Origin: Antedon mediterranea
Taxonomy: Eukaryota; Animalia; Echinodermata
Assembly (NCBI RefSeq): GCF_964355755.1
Contig: NC_092677.1
Span: forward strand, 5,850,101 to 5,914,100
Length of the DNA stretch: 64,000 nucleotides
Direction of reading: 5' to 3'
This document shows, in pieces, positions 35,251 to 49,268 of this stretch (positions are counted from its first letter, which is position 1; every line of letters begins with the position of its first letter). The position numbers were made by a program, and so were the translations under genes. The notes beneath the pieces are model-generated. The model searched no databases, was not told the DNA's origin, and saw only the letters and a program-made list of their open reading frames with translations.

Positions 35251-37308
35251 TTATTAAGGTCTAAGAGTTGATCACCTTTAAACTTAATAGCCACGATTAA
35301 AAAATGGCAGAAAAATATGTTATCAACAATAGATTGTTCATTATTTTTATGACACTATTTTTGCATGATTAAATACCAAAATAAAAAAACAAATATATCT
35401 AACCGATAATTTACACTATTTAATTTACTATTTATTTATACTATTCAAAATAAATCGACCTACTTATCCTCCTCTTCATTATTTTTATAAATAATTCACA
35501 CAATAAACAAACACTTTGATGCATTATTTTTTTTATTAAATAGAATTAATAGTCTTTTTATAAATTATGTCCAAGGTGACAATACAAAAAAATCTATCAA
35601 AATGTTTTAATTAAATGTAGAGATGTAGTCGCATAAAGACCCATATAACGTACATACAACTCTATTTAAAGACATAAATGATGTTGGTCTATAATAGAGA
35701 TATTATAGCTCTTCTATTTTCTTTACTGTAGGCCTACAATATTGATTGTACTGTATAAGATGTGTCTTCTATTGTTAATTCATGCCCATGTGTCCAGTCA
35801 AAAATATACACCCCAAACATTACTACTTGAGATGTTGTTACTAATAATTTTAAACATTAACGAATGTTAATTTGAAACAAAAAATCTATATACTAAATGT
35901 TAATTTTAAAGCGTCAAATCACATTACACATAAAAACTTTTAGGCAAAGTTAAACTCTCATTAAAAAAAGGGGGTCTTCCCTCAGAAAAAAAAAATCCCA
36001 GATGAGCACGAATCACAAATTTATTTGGACCTTAAAGTATCTCAGTTCCAACAAGATGGCCGTAACCAGAGAGAGAGAGAGAGGACGAGAGAGAGACATT
36101 AAATATTATTAATAATTTATAATTACATCTTCAGCATGATTTTGGTACATTTATATATAATATAGCTTTACTTGGCACAATTAACTGTTATTGGAAAATC
36201 AAAAGACATGAAATATACAGAAAGTGTGTGTAGCACCCTCATTCGTAAGTTTTTTTAGGACCCATTTATTACTCTTTAGGCCCACCTCTTCCCTCTCTGT
36301 CAAAATCCAAATTTCCTATTAGACTCATATCTTCTCTAGCCAAACATCTTCAAATTTCTTTCACATATAGCCCAACCCTTTATGTCTTACTTTTCTTCTG
36401 TATAGACCACAAGCCTTTCCCACCCTATGCACAAAAGCACCCTAAGTCCTTCTCAGTGGACTCAACAATATGCATTTTTTTAATAAAATATGGATCATCT
36501 TAAACAAACCATCTACATCTACTTTTAAACACCTAAAAAAAGTAATACCAATCGGTATAAAAACCAACAAGGATAGCTGCATTTAAACAAAGAACTTAAT
36601 GTTTTGCGATTATTCACATTCCAACACAATTAAGCCCCGTTTTTTCATTCTTTTACTGCTGTGTTGATGGAATTATGTTATTTTTGGAATGAAATAATAA
36701 TAATAATACATTACAGTATATTATAAACAAAATATTTGCATAGTATTACAATATTAATATATATCATTGATGCTAATTTCATAAATGTTTACACACACAG
36801 TTACACATTGCTGATAGGTAAAAGGATGTGTGTAGGGAATACCATGTCAAAATAAATTTACTGCAGTTACTCGATTTTCATTCATCCTATTTATGCAATT
36901 ATTTATCAAGTGTTTTTGAGGTAATCATACACATTGATTATTGCTTAAATATCTCATAAACTTCTACATTGAAACAAAATCATTCAAATTGTAGTTTCTG
37001 CAGTAACTGCAGTAGACCAATGTTGACATCATCTCTAACCATGTGCTAATCTATCCATTTTTTTGATATATAACATTGGGTTTAAAAAATATTTTTAGCA
37101 CCATCTGTTTATGGATATTTCAGTTTTTATTTGTTTTTAACAGGGAGTTGTTATTAGTAATAACAACTCCCTGGTTTTTAACAAATACTATATTAGACCA
37201 ATGTAATGATTAAAGTCTTGTTGTATTGTTGCTTTCATGCGCGTTAAATTGTACGTTTATTTCGTGACTTTGATAATACAGTAGTACTCATCACACGTTT
37301 AATAAATA

Positions 37309-40300
37309 CTATCTTTGGAGTTGAACTGGGCCTTTACATATAATACTAGCAAGTTTGCCCTTGATTTTCACAAATTTCCTCTTGAATTCCAGACCGTCTC
37401 CCTAAAATGATGAATTTCATTATTATTATTATTACTGCATTATTATTATTTATTTAATAAACTTGGGATAACACAGTATTTGTCTAGCATGCAACAATAT
37501 AGTATAAGCATAGATTATTATACAAATAATAAATGTTTATAAATGAATACAGAACATTCATTATTTGTTTATAACACAGACACCCTGTTCTGAAATAAAC
37601 TGTATTAAATTAATCCATCTTGAATGATTGTTCAAAGCTAGGCCAGGAATTTTCGGATTCTTGACATGGAGTAGTACAGATATAGACAGTGCACACTATG
37701 GGTAGATTTCCGAATGCAGATAAGTAAACAAGAAACACAGTGTTCAATAGTGCCATTCATTGTTCATTAGTGCGAAATAATAAACAGCACTTGATTTATC
37801 AATAAAATTGCAATTACACACTGAGGTTGGGATGTCTAAAAATGCTATATCTTCACCATTAGAACATTAGTGAACAAGACGATTAAAGAGCTAAAAGGCA
37901 AACAGAACAAATTGTTATATAATCACTATGCGTGTATACAGACCTTAGAAAGCCTAAAATCGACAAGAACATTTCCGTCCATATCTACCAATGTAGCCTT
38001 GAATGTCAATGGATTTCTTCGTTTATCTTGTGTTGTGATTGTTAGCTAGATAAATAAAAACAAATCTCATACAAGTAATGCTCAAACAAACTGCACATAA
38101 TATTACATTATGTGCTATTGGTGGTATTCTTTTCAATTATTTGAACAATGTAATTTGCTCATGAGCAACTCTATTATGATCAGCTCCATCGTGAACAAAT
38201 TCGTTATGCACTTGACATTTCAGTATCTGCTATGGTGGTATTTGTTAAGACAAAATTATTAGAACAATGTAAAATGCTGATTAGCAACTACATCATGATC
38301 AATTCCATCATGAGTAACACAATCACATCAACTCCATCATGAGCATGAGCAACTTCATCATGAGTAAAACCATAAGGAGCAACTACTTCACAAGCAACCA
38401 CAACAAGAGCAAATCCATCATGAGCAACTCCATCACAAGCAACTTTATCGCGAGCAAATCCATCATACGCAACTCAATCACGAGCAACTCCAATTCAATC
38501 AAAACCATAATAAACTTACTTGGCCTGCAGACGTTTGCTTTGCTTGATAGCCTAATTTTTCAAGAACTTCTAGCAAACTATGTATGCTTTCTTCTACACT
38601 GTACTTTGTAAAGAACCGAGTCATTCTCTTTACTAGTTTCTGGAATGGAGTCTTGAAAAAAAAAAGATATAATTATATTATATCCCACAATACAAAGTAA
38701 TAAACGTCTAGCCAATTTAAAAATTGTGCATAATTAAACAAAAAGAGATTTGTTTGTTTGTTTGTTTTTAAAAGTTCTAGCATTTGGTCTGTAATGGTAC
38801 AGCCTACATTTCTGCATTCTTACCTGGGAATTTCCCGGGGTACACGGTAGCTGACTACCCAATAACATATCATCAAGGTGTACTGGTTGGGAGAAACTAA
38901 CCCCATAGATTAGATCCTCAACGCTGCTACTATCAATTGTGCTGGTACCCAATCCACCACAGATAGATGGTTGCGAGCTAGAGTATTTACCCGGAGTTTC
39001 TTCCCTACAAAAAAAGAAAAACATTGATAACGAGCAACTACATCACAAGCCATCACTTCATTGCCAGTAAAAAAAAGCATTTAAAATAAATAACGTACCT
39101 ATTGGCCGATGACGGAGACAGATCCGTTCCTGTACACACTCGTTTAAATGAACCAGGTGGAGAACTTGAGGGCAGCCTTGAAAAACCTATTTAATAGAAT
39201 AAAATGTTGATCTTATTACAGTATGCCAATTACAGAGAAAGTTTTACTACTGGTCAAAGTTCACACTGCGCATATTATTGTCATGAATGATCACAGTAAA
39301 ACTAACCTTAAGCATTGGTTTACCTTACAAAATTTTCTAGTGTGAACATGACTGAACCAAACTTTGATCTAACCTTTTCTTTTAAATGTTTTACAATACC
39401 ATCTGTCATTTTTTATTTGAGTTATTGTATACCGTCTGGAGGGAACCTCACTTAACATTTTCTTCAAAAGTGCTGTAACATAAAAATAATTAAAGTAATA
39501 GTATACTGTATGCAGAGTAACCTCTACTTTAGGGCACACTCACTTAGGGAAGGGAAACCCATATAGTGACATATTTCCAAAGGGCAATGTGATGGTGTAA
39601 TGATATCGGACTGGAATGTGTTTGAGCCTATTTGTACCATACTGATTGTATCCTTAGGCAAGATGCTTTACTCTCATTGCCTCGTCCTTCGGATGGGACG
39701 TAAAGCTGTTGGTCCTGTGTACATGTAGCGCACATTCAAATACTTGGCACACTATTCTAAAAGAGTAGGAGATCATCTTCCGTGTGCTAATCTGGTAGGC
39801 ACTGAACTGCTGAGGTTTGCAGAAGGCCTAATCCAAATTTTCTTAGTTTCCAGTTAAGCTTGAGGACAATGGTTAATACCTTCAATCAATCAATCGTTCT
39901 ATTTATATAGCCCCATTCAAACAGTCATTGCTCATGGCGCTTCCAAAAATATAAGAAAATGTGAGGTTTGAGTAGTGATGTAAAGGTGCTCAATAATGAT
40001 GTTTCCTTCACCTTTATATGCCAAAAATATTTAATGGACAACCCATATTAAGGGGAACATTGTTTGGTCCCAAAGGTGTCCTCTTATTAGGGGTTCTTCT
40101 GTAACTAAATGCTACCCCTCAAATTCCATACCTAAAACTATAGTGTCTATCTTGACCCACGGTGTCAACTCAACCCTCTTGTCTAACCAATTGCAGAACT
40201 CTTTACAGTCATAGCTTGGTTCGTCCCATGGTAACTCTATCAAAAGAAATAGAAAACAGACTTTAGGTGTTTCTCTTCTCGTTCTGGGTTTTAGATTTAC

Positions 40301-43300
40301 TGTATATATAATTATAATGTAGACATTTTTTTTATTTCTAAATATATTCATGTGAAAAAGGGTGGTGTTTTCAAGCTGGACAGAAAAGTGACTCTATATA
40401 CCGTAAACTTTAAAGACATGCACTCTCCAGAAAAACCTTGCTTTCATAGTTTAAAAAAATCCCATATGGAACCACAAAGAAATGTTTGATATGATTGTGC
40501 GACACCTACATCCTTTCCAATTCAAGCCAGATTGCCAAATCAAAGCTTGGTTCCCACTAGGACACAACACAAGGACGAAAACGCAATGCAAACTAATTAA
40601 AAAACAAGAGTCATTTGAATAATATATTGTTTGTGATTGGTAAAACTACTTGCATTGCTCTTACGTATTTGTGTTGCGTCCTAGTGGGAACCAAGCTTAA
40701 GACGCTTGTATGAGAAATATTGAAATATATATTTATACTGGGTAACCTCTTCAGTCAAAGACTGGTCTCCCAGAGGGCCCAGTTGGTGATCAGTGGCTGT
40801 GATATACTAATACACCGGGGTAACCCCCTACTCGTCTCGAAAGATGTACTAGGTTCTTTAAAGTGCACACGAGCTAGATATGTACACTGGACCTACGGTT
40901 TATAGTCCTTATCCGAGAAGACTTGTTCTACCACCAGAACCATGGAGTGAGTGAGCCTCGAACCCATGCCGATGTTATGGCTACGTAATTACGGTTCCAC
41001 TGTCTTAACCGCTCGGCCACTCACTCACTATGAGGCGGTGGTTCAAGGTTTATAGTCATTTTTAGGATGGATTTTATATGCTATTTAGAATAATTTCAAA
41101 TCATCTGTCTGTTTAGTACGAATAAGCTTGGTGGCTAATGTGCTTGCCTTCCCATACCAAGGTCCGTGGTTCAACCCAGACCTAGTACCAGGATTGTAAA
41201 CTCACAACTCTTTTAACTCCTCCATTCCCTAAAGCCTCAAATAAAGATTTAGGTTATAAGCATGAACAAATTATAAAATAATTTATCCATCCTGTAATTG
41301 GTTAGTTACTCGCTGTTGGATGCATATTAAAATTAAAATGAATCAAATTAATATCGGTACTGTTGTTTGCTGCCGAACCTGCCAGATCATTCTGAATTTC
41401 TGTTTCAACATAAATCGTCTTTAGCAAATCAACTTCTGTATGTATCAAATTATTTTAGCTGTTACAGTGCAGTTAGCAATAATGCTGCTTCATAATTACA
41501 TCCACATTCCCACTGGACACATTAGTTTACCACATTTATATGATTGATTTTGCTTTTAGCTAGTTGCCATTCAAGTTAATTAACAGATAGTACACGTGAA
41601 CTACAAAGTTTCAAACTATAGTGGGCGGAGTTCACGGATATTGTGGTCACAAAGGCACGTCCGGATGCATAATTATGTCAGAAGTAGGGATGTATTCTCT
41701 CCTTTTGGTAGCCAAAATAAATGCATTGGTTTAGCTTACAATATTGTCTAGTGTGAATATGACTGAACAAAACTTTGATTTAACCTTTGCTTTGAAATGT
41801 TTTACAATACCATCTGTCATTTTTTATTTGAGTTATTGTATACCGTCTAGATTAATATTACGATTCAGCCACAGAGCTTGCTTTGAAAAATGCGTTGTCA
41901 GCAACTATTTATTAGGAGGGCCTACATCGCAGAGCCGTATATTGAAAGCATTACAACATTTTGATTTTCACATGGTACACTTCCGGCCATCTTTGTGTCC
42001 AACTATTCCTATGTGGAATATGGAGTTGAATGTTGTATAATGTATACCTTTGAAAACAATCCATTTGTTTAAAGGTTTTTTTTTTTTTTTTAAACTAAAT
42101 TATAAGTTACTGCAAACATGATTTTAAACAACACAAAGTACAAATAATGCATTAACTATACAGAATTGCTATGCAAACTAAGCCTGCACACTTAGAGCGC
42201 ACAATATTTTGGACACAGAAAATGTTTCTAATCCATTTCATATACTCTTTAAATATATGGCTCTGCTACTGTACATCATACACCATAGCTCCCTCTATCA
42301 TTTATAAAATTATTCAAACTTCGCTGTAGCTCTAGGAAAAAATCATGCACCTGGATAGGGTGGGCCCCACTTAGCTTCACCTACACATTTAAATAAAATT
42401 TACCTCCTGCTAACATAGCAACCAGTATAACACCGCAAGACCAAAGGTCAGAGGGTTCCGCATGATATTCTTTCTTTTTTAACACTTCGGGCGCTACATA
42501 CGGTGGTGTCCCGCAACACTTTCCCAACAATCTCTCCTTGCCCTGATGACGAAAAACTGTTGCTAGTCCGAAGTCAGAGATTTTTAAGTTATCTAAAATA
42601 AAACATAAATGCTATTACAATGTCTTTCGTTAATTGTTTATTAAAAATAAAAATGCAGTACTGTACTACAAAATAAAAATACTGTATGTAAAATTAGGGA
42701 AAACAAGGCCAACAGCCATTAAGTCGCGTGCTACAATGCATAGTGATACCGGACAGACAGACCGACAGACAGACCGACAGACAGACCGACAGACAGACAG
42801 ACCGACCGACTGACACAGTGAACTATACTGACCGAAATTACTGAACATGTTTAAAAATGTTGAAATGTTTAAAAACATTTATATTTTTTTAATTTACACG
42901 TGCGTAGCCTGTCACTTTCGACGTGCTCGTATAACGTAATTTCGAGTTGAAAAGTAAGTCAATAAAACAGAAATCGGGCAAAAAGAATGCGCAATAACAT
43001 TTAACGCGCAGTGCGCGCGCAAAAATATGCGCACTCATGGAAATTTTGTAAACGCTTAAAATTGCCTGAAATGTACTCTTATTTCATCGAAAATAAATTT
43101 TGAAAATTTTAAGCGCGCGTACGCATGCGTTACATGCGCTACGCGCGCTACGCAAGTAATTGTATTGCCATATGATGATTTATGCCCTGAAATTTATTAG
43201 TACCAAATTTTATTTAATTGTGATTCATGGTTGTTAAGATATGATTACAAACGTGATTTCGTTAAATCGTGCGTAGACCGCGTAATTTTTTATTGCGCAC

Positions 43301-43424
43301 CGTGAAAACATAACCACATCGATTCCTGGCCATAAGGAATATTCTGTGAAAAATTGACTTAGCTAGATTAAACTGATATCAAGATAAGGTCAGAAAGCGA
43401 TAAAACGCATAGTGATACCGGACC

Positions 43425-43463
<39 letters not shown>

Positions 43464-46400
43464 CGACCGACCGACATAGTGAACTATAGAGTCGCTTCCA
43501 CGCAACTAAAAAGACCTCATGAGAATTTCGAGAACACTAATGCATGAATCCCCCGATATTCGGATCATTTTCTGCTCTCCCGAGTTGGGAGGTCTGCTAC
43601 TGGGTGTGTGCCGATACTTACCATGCTCATCTAATAGTAGATTCTCTGGCTTGAGGTCTCTGTGTGTTACACCTTTTTTATGCAAATATTCTACACCAGA
43701 TATGAGTTGTAAAAAATAATTGTGTGCTTGTCTTTGTGGCATTCCTTGATCTGGTTCTAAAAAAAAAAGTACACAATATTTATAATATTAAATCACACTA
43801 TGTTAAATTACTGTTCTAATTTGTCTATTATCTAATAAGTCTATTTCATGATTTTTTTTTGTAGAAGCCAGATTTGGCTTTAATATGCCCTGGTTTAATT
43901 CTTAGTAGCTTTGAAAATGGATGTGTCAACGGTCGTCTGCAGTGAGAAACCACATAAAAACGTGTCATCAAGCAAAAGAGTAAGTAACCATGTCCAAACA
44001 ATTGCACACAATGTATTGACATGACCCAATTTCTAAATGAAGCATCCTTTACTTATTGATGTTTTCTGACCAACCGTCTCATAAAAATGATGCATGATGG
44101 CCCCAAAACACACGGTTGAGATTTGAGACCAAGAGGATAAAGGTTACTTTTAGATTTGCGATGACCAAACTACATCATAATTCATTGTGTGCTTGCGAGG
44201 ATATTGAGACATGTTTCCTCGTTCCCAATCTTAAAGCAGTGTTGATGGTTTCTAGGTCCAGTCGATGACCGATAACAAATCGATTTACCTAGAAAGGTCG
44301 TTGCAAATCGAAACAGAAAAGTGATGTTCCAGTTTCGAGATAGTTACAAACACGGCCTTCTTGAAATTTTAAATCAGTAAAGTAATTTTCCAAATACTAC
44401 TTCTCGAGAGTATACGCTAAATGACACCTGGCAAGGATTTTAGTCTTAAAAATTCCTATTAATGTCCCTCCAAGGTTTGAAATAAAATTCCTAAAAGAGA
44501 TTTATGGTATAAATATGAAATTTCAAATTGCAAATTTGTAGATGCCATGAATATAAATATTTATGTGCCTGCATTCAATGTGTATCAGATAATCTGTTTG
44601 TTTCATTAAAAAAAATAAAAACAAGAAAAGAAATGTTTGCTATTAAAATCTTTCTGTTGATATTTGATTAAAATTTCAGTGGACTGAATTTTTAATAAAC
44701 AAATGTCAATTCTGCAACCTAGTCCCCGGGGTCAGCTATTTAGATAATTTTTTTAATGAATTTTTGTCCGTTATTTATGTACTGTATGTGTGATATTACT
44801 ATTAAATCTCTATCTATCTTCGATCTTATTTATCATGGTTGTCATCAGCGCGACAATAGTAGGCTTTGTTTCAGGAAAGTAGATGATGGAAACAATAAAT
44901 TTAAAAGTTTGCGATGATTGGATTGGTTGGTACGTTAAATTTCTTTTGTCTATCACACCGAAATAAAAGCTTGCCTGCGAACACCCCCAGACTTTTGTGC
45001 TTACCTATCCTATCAAACAATTCTCCACCACTGGCATATTCTAAGAACAGGAACTGCACGTTAGGCTCTTTTCTTTGGCCGTAGAACTGAATTACCCGCT
45101 GATTCGTCAACATGCGATGTATACAAACCTACAGTAGACGTAGAAAAGAAAATTTGCGAGTAAAAATGCATACTTTTTAATGTGCGAATATAAACTAGAG
45201 TTGTACATAAACATCTCACTGTTCTCAGATGAACTCGGCTTATATTTTATATCTTACTTCTTTTATGAGATACAGTAGGTGGTAATTGTCCTAACTGGTA
45301 CAAGGGTTATTAAGTGAACCAGTTTACTGAGGTATAACCCCCTACTTATCTTCAATGATGATGAAATGGATTCATACGGGCAAACTGTGTACACTGGACA
45401 AGGTTTATAGTTATCTAAGAAGATTTGTTCCACCACAAGAGCTAGGAGCAAGTCGACCTTGAATTCATGCCGAAATTGGTGCCTCTTTAGATAGAAAACG
45501 GCACCCCTGCCTTAACCGTTCAGCCATTTGACTCGATTACTCTTTCATTTAAACTAAATTGAATCTTGAACATAGTGTGAGCATGATTAATATGAATGTG
45601 CACATATAGTACATTCTACTTTAAAATAGATTGCCTGATGTGGCGGGGGTGGTCTCCACTGAAAGAAAAACCACTCACAGGATATAATCCATTTCATATA
45701 ATCATCAATGAGTGAGAGTATGTGATTTACTGTACAATCCAATCATCTTGAATTGATGAAAATAAGGTTGATATCCATTAAAAGAACCTCATATTTTGTT
45801 TCACAAAGAGCAAATAAGTCAACAGCCACATCTCTCTTTCCAAAAGAAAAAAAAACTCACACAAGCATTAGATATGATTTATTTCTATTATGTACAGGTA
45901 CCTCTTTTCGAACACTGTCCGCAGCACCTTTTGACTTTGTTAGGTTGATGACCTTGACGGCTACGGCTTCTTGCGTACTGCGATTTACTGCTAGTTTCAC
46001 TCTGAAAATAGAAAAGAAATTAAACGTTTAATAGGAAAAAGTGAGCCATCTACTTATCGAAGCTTTGGGTGCTTTTAATTTTAAAGTGTTGTTTTAAAAT
46101 AATTGATTTATTTAAACCACAATTGCAATTTCAATCTGGGCCAACAGAAAGAGGTATACTGTACATATTGTCTACAAAACTTACCATGTTTATTAAATAC
46201 AATTTAAGAAGCCAAGTCATAGGTTTGAACCCAAACCTTACAATCAAGAAACTGACTATAAACACTAAACCAGCTACACCACTCTTCCAATCAATTTTGA
46301 TATTATAATAATATAATAAACAGTCTATAACCTCCCTTTGCCCTGTTTGGGACACAACTATTCGGGGTCCCAAACACTGCTTTAAATACTTATTGTACAG

Positions 46401-48719
46401 TACTCTTTTAACAAACAAGGAGTAATATAATTTATACGTTTTAACACTAGGTCAACTGCAATTCAGGGATGTTTTGTTAGGTGTCAATAGGCCTTCTCTA
46501 TATTTCCATTCCATTGTAGCTATCAAATACAGTAGAAACAACATTTAGCCCTTATCAATAATTTCTACATAATGCAACAAATATTTAATATTTCTGAATA
46601 TTGACAAATAAATGTTATTTATTTATTTTTCTCTGTTCTGGGTTGACCAACTAGCATAGGTGTTTAGCACCTGTTTGGTCTTTCCGTGCCTCCTTTTATA
46701 ATTGTTTTGTCTTCTTTATTTATGTATATGGCAGAAATTGAATAAATAAAAAAAAAAAATAAATAAATAAAAGCATAGAGTGGTATTAAACCCTTACAAA
46801 TTAATAAAAAATAAAAATAAAAGTATTATAATTTCCACAAATTTGCTCAATCCTTGATCTTACAGTATATAATTCCTAATGGTAAAATTTAAACTATGCC
46901 AAATGTGCAGTGATAATTATTTTCCGCAAACATTTTTGTGCAAGGCGTAATTAAGATCAAATGCCAAATACAAATTATTTAGCTTTAACGGTCCTCAAGG
47001 ACCGTGTTTATTGGAGCATTGAATCAGGGCACGCTCTGACATATATTACTATATACCACATAGCATGTTTCCTAAACTGGATTTTTCAATTTTTATGATC
47101 AAAATCAAAACATATATTTTTTTTTTCAATTTATATCTGAAAGTAAAGTATTTAAATGCAGCTAACAAAAACATTATTGTTTATTGATACTGTTAATATT
47201 AATAACTAGATCATGCATTTCCTTTGAGACAGTGTATCTATGAAAAACAGCCTATATAACAACATACAGTAAATTATCATTTCTTTACATCATAGAAATC
47301 ATAATCACATCATTACGATCAAAAATCAACCAGACCTCACTGTCATTGTAGAGCAATTTAGTTATTAAATGATCAAGTATTGAAACATTTGATCATACTA
47401 AGCTTTGAATAACAAAACTATTCTTCTGAATGTCCTTTCCCATACAGTATACAAACCAGACTGATGAAATGATTCCAGGATAAATTTCTACTATAATTTC
47501 TCATACAGTATAATAAAATCATGCAAATAAAAATGTATTTGATTAAAATACAAACAAAACAAATGTCATTTTATACACACAGATGCATCAATTAAATGTA
47601 CTGTACTATACTACGAAATCACCAGTAAGAATTTAGTCAATCGATAAATAAAACCACTTTGTACAAAAAAGTTCAAATGTAATATTTTAATCCATTGAAT
47701 ACAGAAAATAAGATGAAATCAAAAGTTTAATTTCTGCAAACAAATTATCTTTTGTTCTAAGAAATCTAGTATCTATCTTATTACAATAAAAAGGAAAACA
47801 AAATATGTGTTTACTGGTAAGTATTACAGCTATAAAACATGTAATCCATGCGGATACAAAAGTCGGTCGACATCAGTTGTCCGTGGAATGATCGTCAATG
47901 CTATTACACGCAACGTAACATAGGTGTAGTATTAAAGTTGCGTAATGTGACCCATGTGACTTTAGTTTCATGTGTTATTGTCGCATTTCTTTTTCCGTGT
48001 AATCTATCAATGAGGAGTTAGCTTGTCAAAGACAATCTATGTCATTATTTAAGAAAGCAAATCTGCAGTCAATTGCGAAAACATTTTGACCTTATTGTTG
48101 TGAGTTGACATGGAAGCTTTTATACAGTATTCCTTTACACAGCAAGTATACAGTACATGGCTGTGGTCCAGTATACTGACCATTCATGATGTGAATCTTA
48201 TCATTTCATCAATATGTACATTATACAATATGAAAAGGTATAGCTTACATACATTTTACAAAAACATAAAACATTTAAAATGGTAAACAAGAATGGGTGT
48301 GTAGAAAGCGATGACCTCGAATTGGACGACCCGGGTGACCTCGAATTGGACAACCTAGAATTGCACAACCCATAACACGAAACCGACGACCCCTATAGCC
48401 TAGCCTAGGCCTAAGTGTGGTATAACTGTAGGTCGTCCAATTCGAGGTTGCCCGGGTCGTTCAATTCGAGGTCATAGCTTTCTACACACCCGTACAAAAA
48501 TGTTACTATTCAAGGTACTGTACCTATAAAATTGTGCATGACTTTGTTGAAACCTTATTCACAAAATATTTTTAAAAAAAAGGTATATTATTATTAAAAA
48601 CTCATGCAGATCACCTGTATTCATTAAAAAAAAAATCATGTTTTAAATACTCACTCCCCGTAAGCACCTTCACCGAGTGTTTGGACAAAGTCCCATCCAT
48701 CAACAAACGGCGTCACCAT
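37309..48719 (-). CDS. CHEK1: Serine/threonine-protein kinase Chk1, 470 aa
   Basis: Exons 48719-48655 ([22 protein letters not shown]), 46001-45902 (AVAVK), 45128-45005 ([13 protein letters not shown]), 43756-43622 ([11 protein letters not shown]), 42592-42404 ([21 protein letters not shown]), 40236-40132 (LPWDEPS), 39472-39374, 39186-39099, 39004-38824 (SQ cluster: SSSQP, FSQP, GSQ, NSQ), 38651-38520 (LVKRMTRFF), 38045-37944 (DKRR..VDFRLSK) and 37401-37309 (GDGLEFKR..stop). Total 1413 nt in frame. Confidence 0.97.
38160..38500. repeat. Degenerate 15-bp minisatellite (CATCATGAGCAACTC-like) in a CHEK1 intron
   Basis: Repeated units such as ATCATGAGCAACTTC, ATCACAAGCAACTTT and ATCACGAGCAACTCC, preceded by a local ~90-bp duplication (38113-38195 vs 38228-38315). 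Confidence 0.8.
39583..39870 (+). mobile_element. tRNA-derived SINE with Deu/Nin-like core (copy 2, no 5S part)
   Basis: GTGATGGTGTAAT..ATCGGACT..TACTCTCATTGCCTCGTCCTTCGGATGGGACGTAAAGCTGTTGGTCC..CACTATTC..AAGAGTAGG; homologous to 15015-15275. Confidence 0.75.
40544..40697. mobile_element. Harbinger/Tourist-like MITE, family A (copy 4)
   Basis: AGCTTGGTTCCCACTAGGAC...GTCCTAGTGGGAACCAAGCT. Confidence 0.8.
40732..41028 (-). mobile_element. Near full-length tRNA-derived SINE (Meta-SINE-like core)
   Basis: Minus strand: A box TGGCCGAGCGG, B box GGGTTCGAGG, core CTCGGATAAGGACTATAAACCGTAGGTCC..GCACTTTAAAGAACC..GAGTAGGGGGTTACCCCGG, and an AT-rich tail. Confidence 0.85.
41723..41850 (-). repeat. Intragenic duplicate of the 3' part of CHEK1 coding exon 7 plus downstream intron (source 39312-39440)
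   Basis: Near-identical AAATGTTTTACAATACCATCTGTCATTTTTTATTTGAGTTATTGTATACCGTCT and flanking sequence, same orientation, located in intron 5. Confidence 0.92.
42702..43512 (+). mobile_element. Non-autonomous Helentron/HINE (DINE-1-like) element
   Basis: Two blocks GCATAGTGATACCGGAC-(GACA/GACC)n-AGTGAACTATA, subterminal AGTCGCGTG, and a 3' hairpin end TATAGAGTCGCTTCCACGCAACTAAAAA. Confidence 0.65.
45280..45530 (-). mobile_element. Degenerate tRNA-derived SINE (Meta-SINE-like)
   Basis: GTACACTGGACAAGGTTTATAGTTATCTAAGAAGATTTGTTCCACCAC and CCTTAACCGTTCAGCCA match the 40732-41028 family. Confidence 0.6.
48294..48492. mobile_element. Palindromic MITE with internal repeated GACCTCGAATTGGAC units
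   Basis: GGGTGTGTAGAAAGCGATGACCTCGAATTGGACGACCCGGG.. versus ..CCCGGGTCGTTCAATTCGAGGTCATAGCTTTCTACACACCC. Possible degenerate 8-bp TSD aacaagaa/tacaaaaa. Confidence 0.8.
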
Positions 48720-49224
48720 CTCAATTCCTAAGTGTTGAAAACGTGAGAAAAGGTTATGAAATATGTATTACATTTTTGCATAAATAAATATCTAATCGGT
48801 TGGAGTAATTGGTTTTGTAATGTTTTTTAAGTTACTTAATAATATAAAGAAAATTGCTGAAGGATGTGTACTGCAGTAAAATACTGTACATAAATTACTG
48901 TATATTCTACTACAAAGACTTATTGTGCAAGTTTAACAGTAAACATATGACTACTACAAACAAGTTTTTTAAATGTAAAAATAAACACCACACTTATAAG
49001 ACAATCACATGTTAACTCTAGTAACTACAATATTTTGAAACTATACAAAAAAAGTCATAATAAAATTTTAAAAAATACAGGAAGACATTTCCTGACAAAA
49101 ATTCCGTGCATTGAATGGAGTACATATTACATAATGTCAACTCCTAAATAGTTAATGCAACTGAACCTAGCCCCTATATTCCCTTCTAGTGTTTTAAGGT
49201 AAAATAGGGGTGTTTACAGTATAT

Positions 49225-49268
49225 TGTGTGGTAGCATGTGTGGTAGCATGTGTGGTAGCATGTGTGGT
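49225..49268. repeat. 12-bp tandem repeat (TGTGTGGTAGCA)x3.5
   Basis: Direct tandem units visible. Confidence 0.9.

Noticed and set aside
34560-37300. ATP5PF/ATP5J head-to-head with GABPA as in mammals
   Set aside because: No such coding exons are visible; the upstream neighbour is the CHEK1 3' end, with LINE debris in between.
40740-40790. Hammerhead ribozyme at the SINE 3' end (CTGAAGAG)
   Set aside because: No downstream stem II plus GAAA core. Other CTGATGA hits in the window also lack the required helices.
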